A DNA stretch of 64,000 bases from Eledone cirrhosa (lineage: Eukaryota), in NCBI GenBank assembly GCA_964016885.1, contig OZ024741.1:193812001-193876000 (forward strand), read 5' to 3'. How positions within the stretch are numbered: position 1 is the stretch's first letter; each line of letters opens with the position of its first letter. This document shows, in pieces, positions 1 to 14,097 of this stretch. Both the position numbers and the translations under genes were made by a program. The notes below the pieces were generated by a model that worked only from the letters and a program-made list of their open reading frames with translations, did not search any database and was not told where the DNA came from.

Positions 1-446
1 ATACGACTGTTTGGTAAAACTCATCTTGCAAGTAGGTACGACAGTGTGCAGTAAACGCGTCTCTTAATGTCCAAAAGATATGCCTGTTTTGCTTTATGGT
101 TAATCCACTTTTGCCTGGCTGTAAACAGACTGAGAACAGCAATATTGACAACTAATTTGTAGACATGACGCTTTTGGTTCAATTACTAGAGTTCTATGTA
201 ATGTGGGGTTCCGATATGCACCCTGTTGACATCTTCAAGAAACCGCTGACATTCTCTCACGCCATGACCTCTTACGAGACGATGGTTATTTAAGTTCAGA
301 TCAGAAAATTATGTTAAAGGTACACGTGTTTGTGAAATACTCATTCATGTGTACATAAATTTGTTGGTAAACTATTCTATTGACCGAAGAACTGGAGCAT
401 TCATTGTTGAAACAGACGGAGGTCAATTTTATTTGATAAATGTAAT

Positions 447-1060
447 ATAATTGTTTCTACTTTTGGCACAAGGCCAGCAATTACTCAGTGCATTACTGGT
501 ACTTTATTTTATCGACCCCGTAAGGATGAAAGGCAAAGTTAACCTAAAAATGTAATATAATATAGGATAATGTAATATCTTAGGCACAACGTCAGAAATT
601 TGGAAGGAGTGGAACAGTCAATTACATCGATATCCCTACTTGAACTTAAAGGACATTAACTAAATACTGCAAGGTATTTTCTCCGAAGCTCTATCAAATT
701 TGCTAATCCACCACCACCCCAAGAATTGTTTCTACTTTTGGCACACGGCCAACAATTTGAAGGGGAAGGGAAAATCGATTAAATCGAGCCAAATGCGTTA
801 CTGGAACTTTATTTTATCAACCTCGTAAGAACCAAAAGTAAATCTGACCTCGGCGGGATTTACGTTTAGAACGTAAGAGCGGGATTTACACAAAGCCTGT
901 TGTCCGACGCTTTACCAATACTGCCAATCTACCACCCTTCCCCCGCCCTAATAATATAATATAATTGTTTCTACTTTTGGCACAAGGCCACCAATTATCC
1001 CAGTGCATTACTGGTACTTTATTTTATCGATCCCTTAAGGATGAAAGGCAAGTTAACCTC
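447..1060 (-). mobile_element. Cluster of about four copies/fragments of a tRNA-derived SINE (family A, with the GTCGATAAAATAAAGTACCAGT core and an (ATT)n tail)
   Basis: Repeated reverse-complement blocks ttgtttctacttttggcacaaggcc...actggtactttattttatcgac...aggatgaaaggcaaagttaacctc near 450, 725 and 965, plus a degenerate copy near 575. The first copy has the TSD aaatgtaatataat (438-451 / 548-561). Confidence 0.85.
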
Positions 1061-1329
1061 AATATAATATTAATATAATGTATGTATGTGTAAGTATTCG
1101 CGTGTGAGTATTCAATATTACTATTTTATCCGCTCGCATAAAATAAAACGTTTCGCTTAAAATCACCTTAATCAACAGAATACAAACATACATGCGCTCA
1201 CTTTCACTCTATCGTGACATTAAGAAAGCAATTTAATGTTTGTCCCTTGAATTATTCTATGTATTATAGCTGCAGAACTCGTATCATTTACACTTTCGTA
1301 ATGTTGATGTGTGGAAAGGCAGTAGACGT

Positions 1330-1945
1330 TGTGTTTGTCCAATGACAACACAATAACTGTCACGCTCTCGTCAGCGAGGTTCTCAGCCAGACGGCCAAAC
1401 CTGAGCTCTCCCCCGAGATGGAACAGGCTTTGGCCTACTGGACAGGCGAAGGCCTGTCTGTCCCCGAGTATACCACGGTCCAACGTAACTAGGACGATAT
1501 CAATTGCAGGCCCTCTGTCAGGCAGATCGAGTCTGGCTTGGACTAAACCGCCTCGCCTGCCCCCGCTTCTCAGTCCAACTGCGGCGCGTGACTTAATCCG
1601 GTACCCTCCTCATCAACCGGTACCCTATTTGATGATGAGTGCACTCGCATCGAAGTAACCCAACGCCTTGGCCTCCGCGTGTGTGACCACATAAATGCCG
1701 CTGCGGAGCAGATGTTGACAAGTTCGGCCGGTACCCTCTATCTTGCCGCCAGAGCGCAGGCCAGTTCCCCTGACATGCCGCTCTCAACAACATATTGAGA
1801 AGAAGCCTGGACGCAGCTGGCTTTCCATCTCAACTGGAGCCAGCAGGCCTAGAGCGCGGAGATAGCAAGCGCCCCGCGAGATTGGGTGGCTGTTGCAGCG
1901 GGTGTCACAGGCTATCATCCTGGGGAATGCCTTTGCCGTCTAGTC
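1330..1945 (+). mobile_element. Decayed 3' fragment of a non-LTR retrotransposon with a restriction-like endonuclease (CRE-like)
   Basis: Translation gives HKCRCGADVDKFGRYPLSC...[34 protein letters not shown] (zinc knuckle plus the EP-GL...RP(D) motif), then [15 protein letters not shown]. It has stops and an internal deletion. Confidence 0.75.
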
Positions 1946-2814
1946 AGCGAGGCGCAGCACTTCTGCCCTCTTGCCATAGGCCCAAAGCCCAATCCTCCTC
2001 CCCCATCACACCCTCTCTTCTGCGACACCAGAGCTTTTGCTATACCTTCTCCTTCCCGTTCTTTCTTTCTATCTTTTTTTTTCCTATTCTTTCTTTCCTT
2101 TTGTTTCTCCTTTTTTTCTATCTTTTATTTACTATGTATGTGCTAATGTCCATTCCTCTTTCCACCACTCTCAATATATATATATAACTAAATACTGAAT
2201 ATTTCAATACATGTACAGATACTTACCAGTAGTTGTGTGTGTGTGTGTGTGTGTGGCCAACTATAACAACACGGACCACTCAATGAAAGGTTGCTATGGT
2301 CCCTCCCCAACCCCGTCTGCCTCTCCGGCGTGCAGAACCTTAAGCGTATGCTGCCTCATGGTCCCAGAGTACAGAAAACAGAAAGCGTTAGCTCGGAGGA
2401 ATGCAAGGGAGACGCGTTGGAATATCCATTTCAGCTGATGGGCCTGCTTCCTGCGGGTGGCAAAACTCCATCTTCATAGCAGTGAATTTCGTTGAAATAG
2501 TCATTTGAACTGGTGGGGATCTCTCCCACGGGTGGCCAACTCCATCAAAATAGCGTTGAATGTCAGGTATTTAATTGGCATTATATAATGGATTGGAAAT
2601 AATTTTCTTTTTATATTTAGTTTGAGTAGGCTCTGCCTACGTCACTTTACATCGACAGCAGCTCAATAATATGTGACTGAATGTGTGTGTGTGTGTGTGT
2701 GTGTGTGTACGTATGTATGTATGTGTGTGTATGTATGTATTTATGTGTGTGTATGTATGTATGTATGTATGTATGTATTTATGTATGTATGTATGTATGT
2801 ATGGACATACATAA

Positions 2815-3136
2815 CCCGATCACACGCGGTAAACCACTGGGAGTGAAGGACCCCTAGCCTTTGTCAGGGCATTCTTCTAGGAGAAGGTAACTCGGGAAAC
2901 TGGGATAACTCCGATATAAAACCTGCGGCTCAGTAGTTACCGATGATGTTGATCTTTTCTTCTTTTCGGGTTATAGCTACTGTCGCCCAGAGAGTGGGAT
3001 TGGCTCAGTGCACAGTCTTTCCTCACTTTAGAAAATATCTTCACGCACAGGCATTGCACGATAGAATTAATTGATAATTATTAATGATGGTATATCGTGC
3101 AATGGCCATACTCGATAATGAGGGGGCAGCCATCAT
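2815..3136 (+). mobile_element. Non-coding repeat related to RTE 5' UTRs (non-autonomous/SINE-like)
   Basis: cccctagcctttgtcagggcattcttctaggagaaggtaactc...gatgatgttgatcttttcttc resembles the reverse complement of 16600-16790 and 60300-60500. Its ends recur inverted at 16105-16165 and 47273-47313. Confidence 0.6.
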
Positions 3137-3280
3137 GTATGTATATGTGCATGTGTGAGTGTGTATATATGTATGTGATGGCATCAGTTACTTGACCTTT
3201 CGCAATCTGAGAATATTCATGGACAAGTGATTAGTTGTATTAACTTCAGCGGGTTATGTGATATTAACACACACACACAT

Positions 3281-3316
<36 letters not shown>

Positions 3317-3467
3317 GATATTACTTACACATTCAGGAAACTAGCAGTTTCATAGGTATTGTTGACAAAGGCTCATATTCTCCATTATCAGAAGTTGTAT
3401 GAACGGATTGTTATGGCTAATAATAAGTCTTGAATGGCCCTGTTTACAATCAATTGACAGCCATAAG

Positions 3468-3574
3468 AAAAATATGGAAGGCTTCAGGAATATGCATGTC
3501 ATCTTTACGCAGGGTCCATGCTAATCTTCTCTGTGTCATTCTAAGTTTAGAATATGTACTACCGAAGTTAGCAT
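3468..3574 (-). pseudogene. U6: U6 snRNA full-length pseudogene/variant
   Basis: 107 nt colinear with the canonical U6 reverse complement (AAAAATATGGAA.GCTTCA.GAAT...CCATGCTAATCTTCTCTGT...CCGAAG), with about 17 substitutions by eye versus the vertebrate sequence. The ACAGAGA box and AGC triad are retained. Confidence 0.9.
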
Positions 3575-3589
3575 GTCACATGAAATTAA

Positions 3590-3886
3590 TGTTGTTTGAC
3601 ATCCGCGAGTTCCGACGACAAGTGTCCAAATCAACGGAACAGCCGGCTTGGGAAACGAGCGTGCAGGTGGCTGAACATTCCAGAGACACGCGTGCGTACC
3701 TTTAACGTAGTTTTTAAGGAGATTTAGCCTGAGGTAGGATGTGATAAGGCTAACTCCTTGATTTACAGACACAACTTACTTTTGCTAACAAATGACTGGA
3801 GGACACATCGCGCCACCGGGAAACGAACACATGACCTAGTAGTTTCATGGCAGCCAAACGTCCTAACCACAAAGCCACGCACCTTC
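3590..3886 (-). mobile_element. tRNA-derived SINE (second family), diverged
   Basis: The minus strand starts gaaggtgcgtggctttgtggttaggacg...gtgttcgtttcccgg (A/B-box-like). The body resembles the degenerate copy at about 300-420. Confidence 0.6.
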
Positions 3887-4094
3887 CTGTATAGTTCTCA
3901 TAGTAAAAGGAGCTACAAATAAATATAGCCCAACTAGAAAGTACTGGGGAGGGGGGGGGGGGGGCTAGAGCTCATCTAGTTGTTAGTAGGCGCCGTTGTG
4001 TGGTAAAGCACACAATCGAACTCATGAACTTACGATGGAAAACCGAACGCCCTAACCCCTAAGACATGTGCCTTCACATGAAAATAATCCCACA

Positions 4095-4315
4095 TTGTTT
4101 CTACATTTGGCACTTGGCTAGCAATTTGAAGGGAAAGGGAAAGTCGATTAAATCGACCCCCAGTGCCTTATTGATACTTTATTTGATCGATTCCGTAAGG
4201 ATGAATGTCAAAGCTAACCTCAGCGGGATTTGAACTCAGAATGTAAAGGACCGTAGCTATATGCCACAAAAAATGCTGTCCAACGCTCTACCAATTACTG
4301 CCGATCCACCATCCC
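4095..4315 (-). mobile_element. SINE family A, near full-length long variant
   Basis: Core tttattt.atcga...aggatgaa and B-box reverse complement gggatttgaactc. It includes the internal gtcgattaaatcgac segment. Confidence 0.8.
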
Positions 4316-4382
4316 CACCCCACATAAATAATAACACGAGGACAAGATAAGATAAAAGATATTGTTAATTATATCAAAGTGT

Positions 4383-4650
4383 AATATCACAGACAGAGAA
4401 ATAGAAATGTACGTGTTACAAAATGATTTTACAATGAGGTATGGAGATGTACTTAGTTATATAAACACTAAGGGCGACATCATTTTATGCAGTATATACA
4501 GGTAAAATTCCGTTATAACGAATTTTTCAGGATAACGAAATTTCTTTCAATCCGTGGCCCTTAGTGTTTATATAACTAAGTACATCTCCATACCTCATTG
4601 TAAAATCATTTTGTAACACGTACATTTCTATTTCTCTGGCTGTGATATTA
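4383..4650. repeat. Inverted repeat, ~90 bp arms, ~85 bp spacer
   Basis: 4383-4473 is the reverse complement of 4558-4650 with about 1 mismatch. The spacer holds a pogo/Tigger-like end, TACAGGTAAAATTCCGTTATAACGAA. Confidence 0.9.
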
Positions 4651-4672
4651 GTGGACCAGTGCCGTCAATAAT

Positions 4673-4840
4673 TGTTTCTACTCTTAGCACAAGGCCAGCA
4701 ATTACCCAGTACATTACTGGTACTTTATTTTATCGACACCGTAAGGATGAAAGGCAAAGTTAACCTCGGCGGGATTTGAACTCAGATCGTAAAGGGACTT
4801 AACTATGCTGGAAAGCATGGCGTCCGACCCTCTACCGATA
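4673..4840 (-). mobile_element. SINE family A, short variant, with TSD
   Basis: TSD ccgtcaataat at 4662-4672 and 4841-4851; B-box gagttcaaatcc on the minus strand. Confidence 0.9.
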
Positions 4841-4931
4841 CCGTCAATAATGACGGCAATAACGTTGAATGTATTCAAGTTTTGGTGTCCAGGTTTAGTA
4901 GGCCATATATACCAGGATTATTGGATATATG

Positions 4932-5099
4932 TATCAGTAGAGGGTCGGACGCCATGCTTTCCAGCATAGTTACGTCCCTTTACGATCTGAGTTCAAATCC
5001 CGCCGAGGTTGACTTTGCCTTTCATCCTTACGGGGTCGATAAAATAAAGTACCAGTAATGCACTGGGTAATTGTTGGCCTTGTGCCTAAAGTAGAGACA
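4932..5099 (+). mobile_element. SINE family A, short variant, with TSD
   Basis: TSD attattggatatatg at 4917-4931 and 5100-5114; B-box gagttcaaatcc. Confidence 0.9.
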
Positions 5100-5434
5100 A
5101 TTATTGGATATATGAACAATCGGACAAACTGGGATTTCTTTTTTTTTTATATTTATGGTTTGCATAAGAAAAGCCCTATGATTTATGTTGATTACTGACA
5201 CATGGAAGTGATTAAAGATAAAAACGATATTTCAATCATTTATTTCAAGGATAAAATTACATAAAAGTTCATCATGTAAATACAAATGACATACATGATT
5301 ACATGTATGAGTAACTTTGGAGAAATAACTATGTACAGGAACAAATGTAGGGCTTAGTGATTGGAAAGCGAACTTCATATTGTAACAACATTACAGATAT
5401 GGAAAAGGCATTGTGTGTATGCGGTGAAATGTCA

Positions 5435-5603
5435 GTATCAGTAGAGGGTCGGACATGCTTTCCAGCATAGTTACGTCCCTTTACTATCTGAGTTCAAATC
5501 CTGCCGAGGTTAACTTTGCCTTTCATCTTTACGGGGTCGATAAAATAAAGTACCAGTAATGTACTGGGTAATTGCTGACCTTGTTCAAAAGTAGAAACAA
5601 TTA
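5435..5603 (+). mobile_element. SINE family A, short variant
   Basis: Near-identical to 4932-5099. Confidence 0.88.
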
Positions 5604-5629
5604 TATATATATATATATACATACATATA

Positions 5630-5948
5630 TAACAAAGTCAGAAAACAGCACAGCTTCTATGACTTTCGGAAACATTTTTTCGCGCTCAGAGTTGCAGAAG
5701 CATGGAACAAACTACCTGCATCAGTTGTTAGCTGTCGAGACACTACGTCCTTTAAAACCTCCATGCTTCCTGAGATTCGCCAACACTACACCTAATATTC
5801 TCCCTCCATATACACACACTCATATATATCATGACTCATACATTATTCACTTCCCTGACATTTGTATATTATTCTATGTACTATACATGCACCTTTGATG
5901 AGTTGTAGTGCACCTGAGCACTGTACACAATAATTTCATTATTATTAT
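5630..5948 (+). mobile_element. CR1-like LINE 3' end
   Basis: Encodes RKQHSFYDFRKHFFALRVAEAWNKLPASVV (the CR1 C-terminal FF..RV...WN.LP motif), followed by a 3' UTR and an (ATT)n tail. Confidence 0.75.
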
Positions 5949-6058
5949 CCCGCCGAGGTTAACTTTGCCTTTCATCCTTACGGGGTCGATAAAATAAAGT
6001 ACCAGTAATGCACTGGGTAATTACTGGCCTTGTGCCAAAAGTAGAAACAATTATTATT
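5949..6058 (+). mobile_element. SINE family A, 5'-truncated
   Basis: cccgccgaggttaactttgcc...gtagaaacaattattatt. Confidence 0.85.
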
Positions 6059-7002
<944 letters not shown>

Positions 7003-7089
7003 GAAGAGAGAAAGAGGGAGAGACAGAGAGAGTAAGAAATGTGTGTGTATGTGTATTTGGTACACGTCTATTTATCTATCTATCTATCT

Positions 7090-9280
7090 GTGTCCCGGGG
7101 CGTAGTCACACTAGTCAGGAAGGACGAGAATAAGGGGGATGACATAGGCAACTTCCGGCCCATAACTCTGCTAAACACAGAGTTACAGATTTTGGCCAAG
7201 GTGTTGGCAAAGAGGCTGGCGCTTGTCGTCGAGAACCTGGTGGGAGAAGCGCAGACATGCGCAATCCCGACCAGGTCCATACACGACAACCTCCACCTCA
7301 TGCGATACATCATAGAGAGGGTAGGGTGTAAACCCGGCTTCGGTGGGGCCCTGATCAACTTGGATCAGTCTAAGGCTTTCGATAGGGTTGACCATCGTTA
7401 CCTGGATGCGGTGCTCGAGGCGGCAGGCTTCGGACCCGTGTTGAGGGGCTGGATTGCTGCAATGCACAAAAGCAACATCTGCTCAAGGGTTAAGGTGAAC
7501 GGCTACCTCTCGGAGCCGTTCCATATCACGGGATCCATTCGACAGGGATGCCCTCTCTCCTGCCTTCTGTACGTACTGACTCTCGAGCCACTACTGCGGA
7601 AGTTGGAGCTATTGCAGGGCATCCCTCTGGAACCGAGACTGCGGAAAGCGGCGTCGGCCTACGCCGACGACGTGACAGTAATGGTGTCGAGTGCCTCGCA
7701 AATCGAGGAAGTCGGCACCTTACTGAAGGAATACGAAAGTTTCACAAGAGCGAAGCTGAACCGGGACAAGTCCATCGGTTTGCAACTCGGATCGTGGAGA
7801 GGCAAACCGATGCCTTCCGATGGCGTCGTCGGACGCTGGACGGAAGGACCGGTAAAGCTACTCGGGGTCTGGTTTGGTCCGGACCTCCAGGTGGCGAAGA
7901 ACTGGAACGAGGTGACGGCCAAGGTGATTGCACTCACCCAGAAGTGGGCCGAGTGCAAACTATCCTTGAAAGGTCGAGCGGAGGTGGCGAACACTTTTAT
8001 AGCGTCCGCCATCTACTACCGCTTGACCGTCGTGCCTTGTCCAGCCAAAACGCTCACCAAAATGGAGCGCGCGCTCTTCCAATTCCTTTGGAAGAGGCGG
8101 GCTCCTTTGGTGAGAAGATCCATCTACTGCCAACACCCTTCCGACGGAGGGCTGGGGATGCCGTGGCTGACGATGCGCAAACACGCGCTCAGGCTGCGGC
8201 ATCTCTACGTATTCCTCACCGGACAACCGGTGTGGGCCCCGTTCGTGAGGCGAGCCTTCCCACGACTCGCTTCGCTGACCGAGCTGCAGTCCTGGGTCAA
8301 GCAAAGACCGAGGAAAATGGGCGACTGGCACATCGAATGTGCCCAGGCGCTCACAGCCCTCTGGCAGGCGGACCCGGCGATCAGTGGAGACTCCACTTCG
8401 TCATTCTATAGAGGGTTGATCCGCAGCAAGTGCGACGACGCGCTCGGTGAAACTCTAGGCGTAGAGGAAGATGAACTGGCCAGTCTCTTCGGTAGGACCT
8501 TCCGCCCGGGACCGATGGACAACTTCCAAAAGTCCCTGGCCTGGCAGTGCTACTGAGGAGCTCTACCAGTTCGAGACAAGCTCTACAGACATGGGCGCCC
8601 GGGCAGGGACCCTGCAAAAAAGATCTGTCCGAGGTGCGTGCGAGACGAAGAAACCGTCGCGCACGCATTCATACACTGCCCAGGCGTCACCGACCTGTGG
8701 GGCTATGTAGAACGACTATTGTCGCGGGTGGGACCAATCCGGTTGACCACCGAGTCCATTGTCATGATCAAACCGCCACCCTCCTTCAAAAACGAAGGAG
8801 AGGCGGTTTTCCTTTGTGTGATAGCTATGGCGAAAGAGGTTGTATGGTGGACAAGGTTGAAAGGGCTGAGGTCAGACACCTTTCTCTCCGGCCAACAACT
8901 GATTCTTTTTTTCAAATACCACTTTGGAAGAAGAATCAGGATGGAGAGAGAGGTGCTGTACCCCAGCAAGTTTTACGAAAGGTGGGTGAAAGTGGCGAGA
9001 ATGGCCCGAGTGAATGGGCCTTCTCTCTATATCAGCCTGTAGATTGAGGAAAAGGAGGAGGAGAGGAAGGGAGTACAAAATCTTCGTACTCCTGGAGATG
9101 AGGGTTGCACATTTTTTCGGGGGTATGTGTTACCCATATGTAATGTCTCCCCTTATTGGGGGAAAATCGACTAATTTTTAAATTGCATTTGTGATAATAT
9201 TTTACACGTTTTTATTGTATGTAAACTTCCCCCTTTGTATTTCTCCCCTTCTTTTGTGCCCCTGTGGCTAATAAAGAAAC
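7090..9280 (+). mobile_element. Tx1/L1-clade LINE, 5'-truncated (RT plus C-terminal zinc-binding domain), disrupted
   Basis: FRPITLLN, LDQSKAFDRVDH, RQGCPLS, YADD, then CPRC..ETVAHAFIHC. There is a stop at 8554-8556 and a frameshift after it. It ends AATAAAGAAAC and is flanked by (TCTA)n on both sides. Confidence 0.95.
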
Positions 9281-9299
9281 ATATCTATCTAGCTATCTT

Positions 9300-9340
<41 letters not shown>

Positions 9341-9434
9341 ATCTCCAACGGGGGGATCAAACATGCGGCCCGCGAACTACTTTTCTATGACCTGTGATAG
9401 AACCAGTATTTCAGATTTCATTATAACTGGTGGA

Positions 9435-9636
9435 AATAAGGCGGTGAGTTGGTGGAATCGTTAGCACATCTGGCGAAATGATTAGCAATACTTCTTCCGT
9501 TTTTATGTTCTAAGTTTTGCCTTTCATCCTTTTGGGGTCGATAAATTAAGTACCAGTTGTGAACTGGGATCAATGTAATCAACGGGACCCTAAACCCCAA
9601 ATTCCATGCCTTGTGCCTATAGTAGAAATGATTATA
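9435..9636 (+). mobile_element. SINE family A-related copy
   Basis: ggcggtgagttggtggaatcgttag head, gtcgataaattaagtaccagt core, gccttgtgcctatagtagaaatgattat tail. Confidence 0.75.
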
Positions 9637-9764
9637 ACTGGTGAAAATCATCACCCTCCACCACGTTTGGCCCACTGTGCCTCTCCTCCAAGACGTAATG
9701 GCCCTTTTATGTCCTTGAGTTTGAGACCCCTCTTCTACACACACTCACACACACATATATATAC

Positions 9765-10022
9765 TTTACTTTTATTCTGTCTCTGGGCTAGGCCCATGTT
9801 GGAGCATCACCTTGATAAGTTATGGGGACGTCAACAAACCAACAAGCATTGGTGGGAGGGCAAACACAAACGCAAAGACACACACAGACATATATACATA
9901 TATACGACATGCTTCTTTTAGTTTCGGTCTATCAAATCCACTCGCAGGGCTTTGGTCGGCCCGGGCAGTGAGACTGAACCCGGAAAAATGTGGTTGGGAA
10001 GCAAGCTTCTTGTCACACTGCG
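9765..10022 (-). mobile_element. tRNA-derived SINE (third family), diverged
   Basis: The minus strand reads agaagcttgcttcccaaccac...ccgggttcagtc..actgc (tRNA-like head), then gccgaccaaagccc..gagtggatttg.tagac.gaaactaaaagaagc. Confidence 0.65.
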
Positions 10023-10030
10023 CATATATA

Positions 10031-11263
<1,233 letters not shown>

Positions 11264-11274
11264 AATATATATAC

Positions 11275-11397
<123 letters not shown>

Positions 11398-11400
11398 CAT

Positions 11401-11850
11401 AAATTGGAATAAATGCTCTGAAATAGCGATATATATGTGAACACAGACATAGAATATTCGAAAATATTCTGTATGTTTATAATAAACATTTTGAAGACCT
11501 AATCGCTATAGAATAGAATACGTCACGTATTACAATTAGATTCTCGATAAAAGCAAGGGAAGTAATCTACGCGTTTCATTCTTGTTAGAATTCATCAGGA
11601 CTACATATCCAGTGCTTTTATCGAGAATGACACAGCTAGAGACTTATAGAATACTTAGCTGTGTACAGGAACTGGTTTGAAAGAGCGGTTGCCGGTCCGG
11701 CAGAAATTAGAAATTGGAATAAATGCTCTGAAATAGCGATATATATGTGAACACAGACATAGAATATTCGAAAATATTCTGTATGTTTATAATAAACATT
11801 TTGAAGACCTAATCGCTATAGAATAGAATACGTCACGTATTACAATTAGA
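11401..11850 (-). mobile_element. Hammerhead-containing non-coding element, 1.45 copies of a 310-nt unit (Penelope pLTR/retrozyme-like)
   Basis: 11401-11540 is identical to 11711-11850, with a hammerhead between them; the element abuts (TA)n. Confidence 0.75.
11562..11604 (-). ncRNA. Minimal type I hammerhead ribozyme, intact core
   Basis: Minus strand: gtagtc CTGATGA attct-aaca-agaat GAAA cgcg TA gattac. Stems I and II pair, and stem III is the palindrome ACGCGT. Confidence 0.85.
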
Positions 11851-11928
11851 ATATAAGACACGGCATTCCTGTCTTAACGACATCAACACTTTCTCCGCTT
11901 GGCCTGTTTTCCCCCCTTTTGGAACTTT

Positions 11929-11964
11929 TCCCCCGTTGATGGGCGTGAGCCCGAAATATTGGGA
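11929..11964 (+). ncRNA. Degenerate minimal hammerhead motif
   Basis: tccc CCGTTGA t gggc-gtga-gccc GAAA ta TT ggga; two core substitutions. Confidence 0.5.
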
Positions 11965-12112
11965 TTAAAATCTCTACTACGGTAACCCTTCTACCTTTGT
12001 TTTGTTTTCATCTTTGTCTCTCTCAACTTTCACTTTCACCTGTTTTTCCTATCTATATTTCACTCCCTACCTCGAGATTTCCCTTTGCATTGTTGTGGCT
12101 TTCTTAAATACG

Positions 12113-12161
<49 letters not shown>

Positions 12162-12176
12162 GTATATATATGTATA

Positions 12177-12209
<33 letters not shown>

Positions 12210-12238
12210 TTATACATATATATGTATATATATGTATA

Positions 12239-12269
<31 letters not shown>

Positions 12270-12374
12270 TTATACATATATATGTATATATATGTATATA
12301 TATACATACATATATATATATATATATATATTTATACATATATATGTATATATATATATATTTTTTTTTATATT

Positions 12375-12409
<35 letters not shown>

Positions 12410-12426
12410 TTATATATATATATATT

Positions 12427-12459
<33 letters not shown>

Positions 12460-12479
12460 TTATATATATATATATTTAT

Positions 12480-13009
<530 letters not shown>

Positions 13010-13057
13010 TTATTAAAATAAGAATAACGTATATAAATATATATATATATATATATA

Positions 13058-13141
<84 letters not shown>

Positions 13142-13314
13142 AAAATATATATATATATATATAAAAAAAAAAAAATATATATATATATCGTAGAGGCAGT
13201 GATTTTCTCAGTGGCTAGGAATTCAGTCCACGCTTTGCTATTTCCTTTCCACTGAATTATTCTTTAATAAGTTTCCAGAGTCCTCGCTATGCCTGGAAAC
13301 TTACATGAAAATAG

Positions 13315-13396
13315 ACTTTCCTGACAACGGAATGCTTTTCCATATCTTCTTCAGAAAATATATTTACTCCATTCCAGAAACTAATTAGTTGGAAGT
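13315..13396 (+). ncRNA. Type I hammerhead ribozyme copy with G8A core change
   Basis: actttc CTGACAA c ggaatg...cattcc a GAAA ctaattag TT ggaagt. Confidence 0.65.
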
Positions 13397-13836
13397 GATA
13401 TTTTAGTAAGTAAGTTAATTTTATAATTTTCTTATTTTACGTCTCTCATATTATTGTTCTGCAACCCCATGCATTGAACCACAATGTTACTAAGACAAAA
13501 CCTATATATTTGCTAGCATTGATATGCATCTGTATGTATATAAATGTTACTAGATATAAATTCTTTATAATTATCTCCAAATCATTTGTCGAGCAATATT
13601 GGCCATGACTGCTGCTATGGTAGTAGGCAGACCGCTGTCTTATTAACAACTCGCTTTCCACTGATTGACCTCGATGTCACGTGATTGATTCTTTTTGAAT
13701 TTGCCACAGACGTAGAGGCAGTGATTTTCTCAATGGCTAGGAATTCAGTCCACGCTTTGCTATTTCCTTTCCACTGAATTATTCTTTAATAAGTTTCCAG
13801 AGTCCTCGCTATGCCTAGAAACTTACATGAAAATAG

Positions 13837-13918
13837 ACTTTCCTGACGACGGAATGCTTTTCTGTATCTTCTTCGGAAAATATATTTACTCCATTCCAGA
13901 AACTAATTAGTTGGAAGT
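13837..13918 (+). ncRNA. Type I hammerhead ribozyme, intact core
   Basis: actttc CTGACGA c ggaatg...cattcc a GAAA ctaattag TT ggaagt. Stem I is actttc/ggaagt and stem III is the palindrome ACTAATTAGT. Confidence 0.85.
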
Positions 13919-13963
13919 GATATTTTAGTAAGTAAGTTAATTTTATAATTTTCTTATTTTACG

Positions 13964-14074
<111 letters not shown>

Positions 14075-14097
14075 AATATGTAATATATATATATATC

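Noticed and set aside
2428-2562. Two tandem hammerhead-like remnants (CTGATGG...AAAA; CTGGTGG...CCAA); similar weak cases near 19324, 39440 and 59420
   Set aside because: Too many core changes and weak stems to call by eye.
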